Part shown: positions 14,057 to 27,733 of the stretch, piece by piece
How positions within the stretch are numbered: the first letter of the stretch is position 1
Layout of the letters: the number at the start of each line of letters is the position of its first letter
Source of the DNA: Mobula birostris
Lineage: Eukaryota
DNA: 64,000 bases
Direction: 5' to 3'
Assembly (NCBI RefSeq): GCF_030028105.1
Contig: NC_092391.1
Location: forward strand, 24,649,223 to 24,713,222
The notes under the pieces: model-generated
Told to the model about the DNA's origin: nothing
What the model saw: the letters and a program-made list of their open reading frames with translations, nothing else
Database searches by the model: none
Position numbers and translations under genes: made by a program

Positions 14057-14295
14057 TGAATTCGGCCATTCCACCATTCGATCATGACTGACTTATTTTC
14101 CCTTTCAGTTTCATTCTCCTGCCTTCTCCCAGTAACCCTTGCTAATCCATAACTTATCAACCTCCACTTTAAATATACACAATTACTTAGCTTCCTCATC
14201 TGTCTGGGGCAATGAATTCCACAGATTCACCACCCTCTTACCAAGTAAATCCCTCCTCATCTCTGTTCTAAAGGGATCCCCTTCTATTCTGAGTC
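14057..14295 (-). mobile_element. CR1 3' end fragment
   Basis: Same-strand match to 4450-4650 (ttctcctgccttctccc...ttccacagattcaccaccct). Confidence 0.75.
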
Positions 14296-15004
14296 TTCAG
14301 CTATCACTTGAATCGCATCCATGAAAAGGACCATTCACTCACATTCACATTACTCTTTGTGAGAGTTATGTGCACTTTGTTTACTACTTTGAATACAATT
14401 TATACATGATTGCTTGTGAAGTGTCTTGGAGTAACTGAATTAATGGAGCAAGAGATGCTCAATTCACATTATGTCCATTTATGCAGAATATTTTTTCTTT
14501 CAGTAAAGTTAGTTCTGAATTAGATTATGTTCAGTGCAAGGCAAAGCTGTCCATGCACATGAAAAGAATTAAGTAGTAACTGTTATTAGGTTATTATTGT
14601 CATGTGTGCTAGATTGCAGTGACAAACTTAGTTTTGTAAGCCATTGATACAGGTTATTCCAAAACATTAAGTACTTTAATGTAGTACAAAGGAAAAGCAG
14701 TAACAGCATGCAAAATGCACTGCAGATAGACAATAAGGTACAGAGGTAGTTTGAGAGAGGTGACTAACTCGCAAGGAGATAAAAGTTCAGTGAACAATTG
14801 TGACCAAACATGAGAAAATATGGAATATTTCATGCTTGCTGAAGTGGCACTTCCGTATAGCTTGTATTAGTAAAGTAAATCAAGTTGAAATAACACCGTG
14901 CAATTTATAGCATATAGCATCTTTAACATAGCAAAATATTCTAGGACTTGAGAAGTACGGCACTGTACAATGGTGTCATATGCATGCAGATGTGCGCGCA
15001 CACG

Positions 15005-16499
15005 TATATCCTATTAAAAAGCATTGAACCCCTCCTCTCCTCCCCCCCCCCCCACCCCTTGGAAGTTTTCATGTTTTATTGTTTGACAACATTCAATCAG
15101 TGGATTTAATTTGGCTTTTTTGGCACAGAGTCTTTCATGTCAAAGTGAAAACAGATCTCTACAAAGTGATCTAAATCAATTACAAATATAAAACATAAAA
15201 TAATTGATGCATAAGTATTCACCCCCTTTAATATGACACACCAAATCATCACTGTGCAGCCGATTGATTTTAGAAGTCGCATAGTTAGTTAAATGGAGAT
15301 CACCTGTGTGCAGTCAAGGTGTTTCAATTGATTGTAGTAAAAAATTTACCTGTATCTGGAAGGTCCATCTGCTGGTGAGTCGGTGTCCTGGCAAAAACCA
15401 CACCATGAAGACAAAAGAACACTCCAAGCAACTCTGCGAAAAAGTTATTGAAAAGCACAAGTCAGGAGATGGATACAATAATATTTCCAAGTCACTGAAT
15501 ATCCTTTGGAGTACAATTAAGTCAATCATCAAGAAATAGAATATGACACAGCTGAAAATCTGCCCAGAGCAGGCTGTCCTCAAAAACTGAGTGACCGTGC
15601 AACAAGGGGACCAGTGAGGAAGGTCACCAAGAGACCAGTGACAACTCTGGAAGTTTCATTGGCTGAGATGGGAGAGACTGCACATACAACAACTGTTGCC
15701 CGGGTGCTTCACCAGTCACAGCTCAATGGGAGAGTCGCAAAGAGAAAGATTTAACAAAAAATCTCATGAAATCACAGCTAGAGTTTGTCAGGAGGCATGT
15801 GGGAGTCTAAACGACATGTTTGGTGTAATCCAAACACTGTACATCATCAAAAACACACCATCCCTACCATGAAGCGTGGTGGTGGCTGCATCAAGCTGTG
15901 GGGATACTTCACTGCAGTAAAATGAATGCAGCAAAATTTCCTGTAGGGTCGCAGTCTGCAAGAGAACTGTGACTTGGGAGATTTGTTTTCCAGCAAGACA
16001 ATGACCCCCAAGCATAAAGCCAAAGCTACACAGGAATGTCTTAAAAACAACAAAGTTAATGTCCTGGAGTGGCCAAATCAGAGTCCAGACCTCAATCCAA
16101 TTGAGAATTTGTGGCTGGACTCACGATCCCCATGCAATCTGACAGAGCTTGAGCAGTTTGGTAAAGACGAATGGGGGAAAAAATGCAGAGTCCAGATGTG
16201 CAAAGCTGATGGAGACCTATCCACTCAGACGGTAGGCTGTAATTGCTGCCAAAGGTGCATCTATTAAATACTGACTTGAAGAGGGTGAGTAATTATGCAA
16301 TCAATTATTTTGAGTTTAAAAACTGTAATACATTTAGACCAATTTGTAGAAATTTGTTTTCACTTTGACATAAAGGGGTCTTTTTCAGTTGATCAGTTTC
16401 AAAAAAGCCAAATTAAATACACTGTGATTCAATGTTGTAAAACAGTAAAACCTGAAAACTTCCGGGGGAGGGGGGAGTGAATACTTTTTATAGGCACTG
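15005..16499 (+). mobile_element. Tc1/mariner DNA transposon, defective
   Basis: About 200-bp TIRs (left ...ggaagttttcatgttttattg, right ...aaaacctgaaaacttcc...tataggcactg); transposase remnants MKTKEHSKQLCEKVIEKHKSGDGY from 15405, [27 protein letters not shown]; stops and deletions. Confidence 0.9.
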
Positions 16500-17938
16500 T
16501 GTGTGTGTATACCCTAGCCATGTAAATGTGCCTAAGACTTCCCCACAGTACTGTATAATAAGAAAAAAATGATTATTTTGTATTCAGCAAATAGTTAATG
16601 CTTACTGCAGAATTCTAAGCAAAAACAGCAGAATTTGTCATGGCAAATGAAATTCTGTATTTCAACTAAAAATTCAATGCTAATTTGCATTGGTTGGTCA
16701 CCTTTGAATCTGTTGATCTTTCCCATTAATTTAAATATTTACCCTTCAACAGTTCCACTGCTGGAATGTTGTTTACCATTGTGACCGATTTGGTATGGTA
16801 GAATACATTCTCAGTTTCGTTGAGTGCTTGTAGAAGTTTTCTATAAAACTGATATGAAAAAGTTCTGTCCTTGCATCCAAAGAATTGGATTTCTTACAGT
16901 TCACCAGAATTGCCCCGTGTCTTCACCCTCCCCCACCCCCGCCCCCCAAACAGCTGTTTGGATTTAGAATACATTACGTTTAGGCACCCTGAGAATGGGT
17001 GTGGAGCTCCAGCATCTTGTTCCTCCATGAATGGGAAGTGGTCCAGGAGAAGTACGGGAAGGTGGGAGATTTGGGGACAAGAAATGAGGGCATAAATTGG
17101 AAAAGTCTGCAGGTGGCAGGAGTGAAAAGGAAATAAGAGTGGAAGAATGAGAGGTCATACCAAGTATGGTACTTAAAATTGTCAAATGTTAGTGATTGGT
17201 CAATGAAAGAGAAATGGCAAAAGAAGGTTTTAATAATTTGACTCTATGTCTTGTAGAATGATGAAAGGAAATTGACTGGGCTGATTAATCAACAAGATGG
17301 GACTTGTCGGGTTATATCATAATTTCTTATTTGTTGGTGTTCCCCAGCAATCAACCTGAATATACAAAAAAGCATAAATTGATGAATAGAAGAATTTGAG
17401 AGAGAAGGTTTTTAATGCATTGATTAAGCTAATATTTTCACTTGAGAATGCTGTGACATATTTTGAAATACTAGCAACTAGGAGCAGGGGAGATGCTAAC
17501 TGGTGTACTCTCACAGATTCATTTGAGTGCAGGAGGCTTGCACAAGACATTAGACTATGTTGTCCCAAAAAGTTCCAACTTCTTGCCTCCATTGTGTTTT
17601 GAATCCTGGCTTTACAATGTTTCTGTTAATTTAATTTTCAATAATTCAATTGCTCTCAAGCTGACCTATCATCCATATTCATGAACCTAAGTTTATTTGA
17701 AAATACATATCCAAATACACCAAGGTTTCCTTATCCATCATGCTTGTCCTTCTGGTCATTGGGTCTTAAAGCCTTATTTTCATTATCTTTCTCATTCTTC
17801 AGCTGTGCAATACTTGTAGAATCTGCAACTCCAAATCTACACGTGCACCCCTTTGTGAATCTGCATCCCAACTGCTAACCATGTTTTTTAAATTTGTGAG
17901 AAAATGAGAAAGAGCCTGCTGAGTTCCTCCAGCATTTT

Positions 17939-17990
17939 GTGTGTGTGTGTGTGTGTGTGTTTGTGCGTGCATGTGGTGTGTTTGTGTGTG
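17939..17990. repeat. (TG)n microsatellite at the end of a Penelope-derived repeat
   Basis: gcctgctgagttcctccagcattttgtgtgtgtg... read directly. Confidence 0.85.
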
Positions 17991-18280
17991 TTGCAAGAAC
18001 TGTATATTAATGGCATTTTCCAACATTCTCAAAATCTAACTGTTTCACATTGAGAAATAAAGGACTGAAACAATTAATCACACCTCTGGATTTTGGGCAG
18101 TCTGTACTGACACAGGAAATTGAATCTGAGCTCTATATGGTGACATATGTGTACTTTGATAATGAAATTTACTTTGAATTTTGAACTTAGGATGTTGGAC
18201 AACAAATCAAAGTTATAAATACTTAAAAACAATGAGAGGAAGGAGAAAAGTTTTGCGCAAGGTTTTTAACAAAGCAAATT

Positions 18281-19458
18281 GACCACGGCAACGGCAGAGG
18301 CAACCTCCATGGCTCTTCGCAGGGCTTTAAACCACCTAGACAACGCAAACACCCACGTCAGGATGCTGTTCATCGTCTATAGCTCAGCATTTAATACCAT
18401 CATTCCCACAATCCTGATTGAGAAGTTGTAGAACCTGGGCCTCTGTACCTCTCTTTGTAATTGGATCCTCAATTTCCTAACCGGAAGACCACAGTCTGTG
18501 CGGATTGGTGATAACATATACTCTTCGCTGACGATCAACACTGGCGCACCTCAGACTGTGTGGCTAGGCATAGCTCAAATACCATCTACCAATTTGCTGA
18601 TGATACAACCATTGTTGGTAGAATCTCAGGGTGTACAGGAGTGAGATATGCCAACTAGTGGAGTGGTGCCGCAGCAACAACCTGGCACTCAATGTCAGTA
18701 AGACGAAAAAGCTGATTGCGGACGTCAGGAAGGGTAAGCTGAAGGAACACATACCAGTCCTCATAGAGGGATCAGAAGTAGAGAGAGTGAGCAGCTTCAA
18801 GTTCCTGGGTGTCAAAATCTCTGAGGATCTAACCTGGTCCAAACATATTAATGTAGTTATAAAGAAAGCAAGACGGTGGCTATACTTTATTAGGAGTTTG
18901 AAGCAATTTGGCATGTCAACAAATACACTCCAAAACTATAGTTGTAACATGGAGAGTATTCGGACAGGCTGCATCACTGTCTGGTATGGAGGGCTACTGC
19001 ACAGGACTGAAAGAAGCTGCAGAAGGTTGTAAATCTGTCAGCATCTTGGGCACTAGCCTACAGGGTACCCAGGACATCTTTAAGAAGCAGTGTCTCAGAA
19101 AGGCAGTGTCCATTATTAAGGACCTCCAGCACCCAGGGCATGCCCTTTTCTCACTGTTACCATCAGGTAGGAGATGCAGAAACCTGAGGTCACACACTCA
19201 GCGATTCAGGAACAGCTTCTTCCCCTCTGCCATCTGATTCGTGAATGGACTTTGAAACTTCGGACACTAACGCACTTTTTTAAATATAAAATATTTCTGT
19301 TTTTGCACATTTTAATAATTATTCGATATATGTAATTGATTTATTATGTTTTATTATTATTTTTCTCTTTCTGCTAGATTATGTATTGAATTGAACTGCT
19401 GCTGCTAAGTTAACAAATTTCACATCACATGCTGGTGATAATAAACCTGATTCTGATT
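18281..19458 (+). mobile_element. Rex1/Babar-type LINE, 5'-truncated RT plus 3' tail
   Basis: [63 protein letters not shown]; tail ends aataaacctgattctgatt. Confidence 0.9.
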
Positions 19459-19779
19459 TGAAATGCCGTTTGGCAATGCTGATTTGTGCCATGCAAAGTG
19501 TGCCATCTACGCCATCTAGTGTTGCACTTAAGCATAGCATGACATTGCTGCATTTGGTCAGCGCAACAACAGATAAGCAAGCGCTAGGCGATAAGTTCTT
19601 CCCAGATATGAGAGCTTTGAATGCCTGAGAGGGAAACGATCAACTTACAGTGAGGTTTTTAGTCTATAGTGAAATTAGTTATGCATCTCAGCAACCCCTC
19701 CTGTGAGATAGCTGAATATATCATGACCTTCTGGATCATTGAAACACAGAACCAGCATACTACAGACATCAGCAAATAA

Positions 19780-19990
19780 GATCCAATTCTGAAAACAATA
19801 CTCTGACTTTGAGAAAACCCTAATCTGCATCCTGGAGGGGGACAAAATGATCTTCCTAAGTGACTTCAATGCCAGGGTCAAAAAAGGTAGAGAGTTGCTT
19901 CAAGGCATAATTGTCAAGCAGTAAGTTTGGACAGCCCACTCCCGTGCAGCTGTCCTCCTGAAATAATGCTTGAATTTGTCATAAACCTCG
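19780..19990 (+). mobile_element. Decayed RTE-clade endonuclease fragment
   Basis: Translates YSDFEKTLICILEGDKMIFLSDFNARV, resembling the RTE motif KxILLGDFNARVG. Confidence 0.5.
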
Positions 19991-20189
19991 AGGCAGTAAA
20001 TACTGTGCAGCCAATGAAGCAATTTTTAAAAATATGGTCAGGTTGCACAGGTAAAGCTTAAACAATACCTTTAAGTGTGGAAAAGAACAGCTGCACTGTT
20101 TTTGATTTTTTTTTCATGTAGCCTAAAGTTATTGGCTGGTGTGTAAGGGGCAGTTCTGTTTTGAATTGACTAGCATTGCTCACTAACTC

Positions 20190-21580
20190 TTCCTATACTA
20201 TACTGACAACTGCATTAGTGCTGCTTCCTGCACCCATGCGGGGCTTGTCAATTTCATCCACTTTGCCTCCAACTTCCAACTTGCCCTCAAATTTACTTGA
20301 TCTATTTGTGACTCTCCTCTCCCCTTTCTCAATCTGTCTCTCTCTCTCTATCTGTCTTCATCACTGGAGACAGTCTGTCTCCAGATATTTCTTTTTAGCC
20401 CACTGACTCGCTCAGCTATCTGGACTGTATCTTTTCCCACCCTGTCACTTGTAAAAATGCCATTCCCTTTTCACAGTTCCTCCATCTCTGCCACATCTGC
20501 TCTCAGGATGAGGCTTTTCTTTCCAGAACAACTGCGATGTTGTCCTCCTTCAAAGAAATGGGCTTCCTTTCCTCCACCATCAATGAATCACCTGAATCTC
20601 ACTTATTTTGTGCACTTCTGTCCTCACCCCACATCCTCCCCCCCCCACCCACTGCACCAGCAATAGGGTTCATAATTTCCGTAACTCTTGCCATCTTCAA
20701 CAGGATCCCACCACCAAACACATCTTTCCCTCCCCCCACCTTCCACTGAAAGTACTCCCTACACAACTCCCCTGTCCACTCGTCCCACCCCACTGATCTC
20801 TCTCCTGGCACATATCCTTGCCAGCAGAGCAAGTACCACACCTGCCCTTACACCGCTGCCTCTATCATTCAGGGCTTCAAACAGTCCTTCCAAGTGAGGT
20901 GACACTTCACCTGTGAGTCTGTTGGCGTCGCCAACTGTATTGGGTGTTCCTGGTGTCACCTCTTGTATATTGGTGAGACCCAATGTAGATTGAGGGACCA
21001 CTTCGTTGAGCACCTTTTCTCCATCCGCCACAAAAAGTGGGATTTCCCACCAGCCACCCATTTCAATTCTTCTTCCTATTCCCATTCCAATATGTCAATC
21101 TACTGTCTACTATCAGGATGAGGCCACACTCAGGTTGGAGGAGCAACATCTTGTATTCCGTCTGGGTAGCCTCCAAACTGATGGTATGAATGTTAATTTT
21201 TTTTTAACTTACGGTAATTCCTCCTCCCCCTCCCTACCATTCCCCTTTTGCATTTCCCTCTCATGCCTTCTCTTCTTGCCTGCCCATCACCTCCCTCTGG
21301 TGCTGCTTACACTTCCTTCCTTCCATGGTTTTCTGTCCTCTCAATCAGATTCCCTCTTCTCCGGCCTTTTACCTCTTTCACCGATCAAGTTCCCAGCTCT
21401 TTACCACCCCCTCCCCCAGATTCACCTATCACCTGCCACCTTGTACTTCTCCCTCCCTGCCCCCAGCTTCTTATTCTGACTTCTCCCATTCCTTTCCAGT
21501 GTTGATGAAAGGTCTCAGCCCAAAACATCGACTATTTACTCTTTTCCAAAGATGCTGCCTGGTCTGCTGAGTTCCTCCGG
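20190..21580 (+). mobile_element. Penelope-like element: RT C-terminus, GIY-YIG endonuclease and terminal repeat, disrupted
   Basis: 20921-21010 reads VGVANCIGCSWCHLLYIGETQCRLRDHFVEH; RLEEQHLVFRLGSLQTDGMN; pyrimidine-rich tail, then decayed hammerhead-bearing terminus at 21497-21575. Confidence 0.85.
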
Positions 21581-22039
21581 GTTTGGTGGGTAAGACGGGG
21601 CAGTGGTTTGATATCTCATCAGAAAGAAGACTGCAGCATTTCCAGTTTTGCACTGTCAGCCAGAGTTTTGACTCTTAAGTGCTACTTGAACCCACAACTT
21701 CTGACTCAGGCCAGAATGCTGTCTGTCTTTTTAGATGCAGATACACCAAGCCTTTCATTACAGGGGGGTTGTATCCTGAAAAAATAGTCTGTATGTGATT
21801 TCTGATAGTGTGACACCAGATTATCTGCGCATGCATTAACAAACATTATTTAGGAAGAATTTTTTTTATTTACAACATAAATTCTGTGAGAGGCAGTTTT
21901 ATTCCATATCTCAAATATTTGGGTAGTGATTTGTAAATTCTAAGTGTGACTTTCTGTTACCCCAGTGGTCTTATTTAAGAGCATTCCTGTAAAGGGATCC
22001 CCAAAGTGCTATTAAGCATTTGAGTGAGTATTCCTACCT

Positions 22040-22550
22040 TAATAGTGCTGGCAATATCCTGGGCCTGAATGTGAGGAAGTACCCAAAGTTTGACTGATTT
22101 AAGTGCCAGGATAAATTGGAAAAGTTGGGTACGAGCCAAATCAAGGCAGCATGCCCTGGGTCAGAGAGCAAGAAACTACCAGAGGTTGGGCCGATTTAAG
22201 CGCCAGGCCAGATTGGAAAGGTCAGGGTATCGGGGGCAGAGGTCAGGGATTTAGCTCACAGCTCCACAAAGTTTACTTGTCTCTGCGCTGAACTGAGGGC
22301 TGTGACCTGCAACAAATGCGCTGCAGCGATGACCAGCTTCATGGCTGTGGACTCACTTCCGTGAATTTCAGTTCTGAATATTATTTGCTTACTTTTATCA
22401 TTTGCACAATTTTTTTTTTGTACATTGGGTATGTTTGATGGTCTTTTTAATGGGTTCTATTGAGTTTCTTTGTTTTGTGGCTACCGGTAAGGAGATGAAT
22501 CTGAAGGTTTTATATAGTATACACACTTTGATCATATACTTTGAACTTTG
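22040..22550 (+). mobile_element. Non-autonomous retroelement with internal repeats and LINE-like tail
   Basis: Two related units (gatttaagYgccagg...attggaaa); tail tgaatctg...actttgat...actttgaactttg also seen at 18100-18190. Confidence 0.5.
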
Positions 22551-24274
22551 TAAAGTAGTAAAGCTGTCTTGTTTGGCTGTATTCATGAGTATTCATATAC
22601 GGTTAAATGACAATGACAAGCTTGAATTGAAATGGCAATTCAACAGTTGCCATATAATTTGCTTTCTGTAGGATTTTATCCCGATTAATTGCCTTCTTCT
22701 GGGGTATCCTTAGGATTTAAAAGTTCTGTTCCAGTGTTCATTTTGTCCTTTTCAATTCTAATACTTTTGTGTCATAATAACTTTAGAAAAAGAAAAGAGA
22801 GCATTTATCAAATCCTTGATATTAACCAAAAAGGGAAAAAACCTGGAATGAAAACAGAATTTTAGAAATTCTGATGAGAGATCATTGAACTAAAACATTA
22901 ACTCTGTTTCTCTTTCGGACACCGCTGAGCATTTTCTGTTTGTATTGCATTTGCCAGCATCTGGAGTTCTCTTTTCCTTTCAGAAAATGTTGTTGCTGCT
23001 CAGTGAGTCAGGGAACAGCTGTGGAGAACTGGAATCAATCATACCGTAGCATTGATGGTATATTTATACAGGGCTGCAGGTCTCTGTCCTAACCATTCTT
23101 GTACCCAAACATTAAAAACTCAGTTAATGATTCATTTTGCAGATCCATAGTAAGGTGTATCTTTTGTGTGTCGGCCCTCTTAAGTGCATGTAACCATTTG
23201 AAATGACTGAGAAGATATTTGATGATTGTATTATAATGTATGGTAATATGCAGCAAGAGTGTTACCTCCACCACTAACACAAAAGCTGAACTCTACTGAA
23301 ATATGCCTTTTGTAGTTTACATTCTGTTTTTGCTCATTCTCTTGCCCTTTGCATGATTTTTGTGCGCAGGAGGGAGGGGGATTTGATGTTTGTTGATGTT
23401 CTTCTTTGAACAAGTTGGCTCCATAGTAGTTCCTTGTTTTGAGACTGTGGGGAAGACTAATTTCAGGATTGTATACTGCAAGTATACTTTAAAAATAAAT
23501 GTATTTTGAAAGAAATCCTTACAGGTTGAAGTTTTAGACTGCTCCCTTAGAACACTGGAGTAAACAGGTTGTCTGATGTTGTGTTCAATCTTAAAATTTT
23601 TCAAAAGAAATATTTTAATTATATTACAATATTTGAAGCCTATTTGCTGAAACCATAAAGCCATTGGTATGTTGATCAATTAAGCTGTTCCAAACAAGTT
23701 ATTCTGAATTCGTGTTGGAACAAAAGATAGTTAGAGACTTGCCTGAATTTCCGAACCCAAGTCACTGGAGCTGTAAGGCAGCAGCTGCAGCCATTCTGCT
23801 AGTTTGCATTATGTTTCAGTTTAATGGGAAATGTATTTTACATATTGAAGCAGAGATTGTTTCAGGGTGATGAGAAAAGAACAAGAAAATTAGTTTGGAA
23901 TTCTCTTGGGAAGACCTGAAATATAAGTGTCAGGAGATGGGCACATGTGTCATAAAAGACCTGAATTTGAAAAATTTCAAACACAAAAATGAACAGCAGT
24001 ATTTTTTTTCTGAAATGTAGTGTATATTACTATTCATTTTTTTTCTTGATTGGAACTCCCTTCACCGAAGAAACTGATTTAAAAGGTCAGCTCATTACTA
24101 TCTTCTCAAGGGGAGTTGGCTATGGGCAATAGATGCCAGAGATGCTCAGAATCCAGAACAAAATTAATCCATTTAAAAAGAGATTTGAAACAACTTGAGG
24201 ATGGGTTTGCTTCGGCTCATGGATAAACATGTGACAAGTCCCTTTATAAAAGCACATTGTTTTCCTTGAGTCTC

Positions 24275-25045
24275 AATAGTTAGGTACATTTAATGTCAGA
24301 GAAATGCATACAATATACATCCTGAAATTCTTTTTCTTCACAGACATCCTAAAAAACAGAGGAGTGCCAAAGAATGACAATTAAAACTTAGAACCCTAAA
24401 GTCCCCCGACCCCTACTAGCACAAAAGCATCTACACCCTCCACCGAGCACTCAAGCGTGCAGCAAGCATCAATAAAGACACAGACTTGCAGTACCCCAAA
24501 AATTACTTGTTCACCCAGTATTCGACAGGCTGTCTCTCCCTAATAAGGGAAAAAGACATGTCCCTGTTTCACAGTGAGAGGGGAGACATAACAGACAACT
24601 CACTGATTTACGACGTTAAAAGTCTGTTGTGTTGCTTTTTCCGAGCTCTGCGCCCAGAGAGTCGGCTTCAGCACCAAAAAGGCGCAGCTGTCTGGACACA
24701 CAACCCCTGGCAGCTAACCCGCTGCTCCCGATGTTATGTGTACTCCCACGACACCAGCCTAAAATCAGCACATCCCCAGAGCCGTGAAATTCTAGAACCT
24801 TGAAGGCGTGCTAGTCTTTCAGGCCACGTCCTTAGGATATCAAAAAGCGGTCATCATGAGGCCCTGAGAGCAGGCCCCATTTCCTGCAAAGAACCAAAGT
24901 CAGAGTGTAACTGCAGGTCAGGGTCTTCAAAAGAACCCTGAAAAAGGAAAAGAAGAGCTATCAAAGATAGACATAGAGCTGTTTCCAAAGATGCAAGCAA
25001 AAGAGTCACCATTTAGCGCCATCTTGACTTGGCTCCACCTCCAGA
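24275..25045 (-). mobile_element. Non-autonomous retroelement (no intact ORF)
   Basis: GC/CpG-richer block; minus strand begins near caagatggcgc and ends in a LINE-like tail (tgtatattgtatgcatttctctgacattaaatgtacc). Confidence 0.45.
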
Positions 25046-25970
25046 CTGTTGGAGTTAGTAGTTCCAGCTATGTTTTCTTCAGTGAATGTATGTGCCTTTG
25101 GAAGGCATTAATTTCTTGTGTCACTCCACATCAATTAAATCAACTGATGATCCATCATAATGACTGCACCGAGTTATAAACTGTTATGCAAATATTCTAC
25201 AATCTTGATGGATAAGAAAGAAATTGGGAATGAGAATAGCAAAGGACTGATGAACAATTAAGGGCTTTGAACCATCCCCACTTCCAATAACCATGAGTAC
25301 ATTAAGGTATATATTTTGTGTGCTTAATAGCCAAGTTTAAATTCTTATGCACAGTGATGCTGGGATGTTATTTTACACAGCCCAGTAATTGTTGTGGTAC
25401 ACTATAAATTCAAGGCAATGAATTTCCTGAGTACATCAGTGCAGGTTGTGACGCTGAGCTGAAAATAAATATGGTAGTGTATGGGCTAGCAGCAGAAATG
25501 ATAATAGTAACATATACTACCACTTTCACCTGGTCAGGCTTGGACACTGGTTTCAAGTTAACCCTGGGATGGACAATAATTGCTGAATTGAAAATGTTGT
25601 CATAATCCTGAGAACAAGTGAACATCAGTAAATTGAGAGAAGTACTGTTACTGCTCTTTTAAAATTTGATTTGTTGCAACCTTAATGCTGTTGTTAATGC
25701 CTCTTAAATTTCAATGTAATCATGTGTATTTTCTTTTTTAAAAAAATATTCTTATTGCAAGTTTACTCCAGTGAACAAGTCAGAAAGGAAAGAAAATGTT
25801 TTCTGCAAGGAAGGGATGAATGTTTATGAACTCCAGGTGATGTTTTCAAGAATCTCAGTGATGCCATTCGTTCTCTCCTCAGTAACCAATGAACTTTGAC
25901 AGAAGGTTGCTTCAGTGTTTCAGTTTTTGTGTATTAGTGCACCCTTAACTCAACTGTAATTCATACTTAA

Positions 25971-26099
<129 letters not shown>

Positions 26100-26594
26100 T
26101 AATACTGCTTTTCAGAAAATTCACCTTGTTGACTTTAATGTCTATTCACAAAATAATTAAAATCAAGAGGGAAAAGCAAGCAGGGTTATCAATAAAAATG
26201 GAGATGAAGTTACAGCAACATTAACTTTACATTGGTACTGGAATGTGGGTTGTTTCTCTGGAAGGTGCAATAGGATTTGAAAGGGAGTTAAGTTAGTGGA
26301 GCACTTGGAAACATTTAAAGTAATCAGAAAAGGTTGACCTGTTTTCTGAAAAGAAAGTCGTGTTTGACTAATTGGAGCTTGAAGAATTACCATGTGTTGT
26401 GAATAAAAGGGAAACAATATATTGCTATCCACCATTTGGCATTTGATAAGCTATCTCCACAATTTATTGTGGAAAATAAAAGCTCCTGGTATAGAAGATA
26501 AGATGTTGGCAAGGATAGATTAACTTGGTTGTCAAAATGTAAAGACAAGTGTGCTACTGGACAAGAGAAAACCAGATGCTGGAAATCCGAACAA

Positions 26595-26660
26595 CACACG
26601 CAAATTGCTGGAGGAACTCAGCAGGCCAGGCTGCTGAGTTCCTCCAGCATTTTGTGTGTG
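26595..26660. repeat. Fold-back (30-bp arms, 6-nt loop) made of the Penelope-derived repeat, within decayed CR1 (about 26190-26760)
   Basis: cacacgcaaattgctggaggaactcagcag-gccagg-ctgctgagttcctccagcattttgtgtgtg; 28 of 30 positions complementary. Confidence 0.9.
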
Positions 26661-27499
26661 CCACTGGACTAGTGTTTGGGGCTTAAGTTTTACAATTTTT
26701 GTATGAAACCTGGATGAAGGAGCCAAATGCATTGTCCCTGAAGGTAGATGTTGAGTTACTATCCGATCGACTGTGATCTTATTAAATAGCTAAACAGGCA
26801 CAGGAATGCTAAATAGCCTAAGCCAGATGCTATTTCAAGTTTATACTTAATTACCAGATGCAGTTAGAGGCATCTGGTGGAGAGACTGTGGAGAAATTAA
26901 ATTTGCTAAATTCTTCTTTGTAGAATATTTGAAGGCTTGGAAGCTTGATCTCAGGTTAATGGTACAAAGAGAAAAAGGAGAAATATTTACAACGTCTATG
27001 TTTTCAATTAAAATGATCTGTTGAAAGTACTCAGCAGGGCAGGGGAGAGAAGTAATAAAGGTTTCAAACTGGTGACCCCTCATCAGAACATGGTATTTTT
27101 AAGGTTTCAATAGAATTGGGTAACATTGAACAATCATATATTATATCTTCTTGTCTTACGTTTTTAAATACTCAAGTCAAAAATATAACAAACACACAAT
27201 AGGATTTTTCTTTTTTTGGTAAAGGAAGTTTTTGTTCCAAAAATGGTTGTGGACTTTTATTCTAAGTCACGGCCAAGAACCCATTGGGAGATGTGGAAGG
27301 ATAAGCAATCTGGAATAGTTCAGCCAAAATCATCACAATGCTGCAATTTCTTTCACACTCTGAAATGTTGAATGCCATTTTGTTAAGAAGTTGGGAACGT
27401 CAATTCTATTCCACAAAATAATTGAATGCTTCAGTGTAGGTTTTTGGACTGAATTCAGCTGAGAAAGCTTGAATACCTGAATATTTTGGAGACTATTAG

Positions 27500-27733
<234 letters not shown>

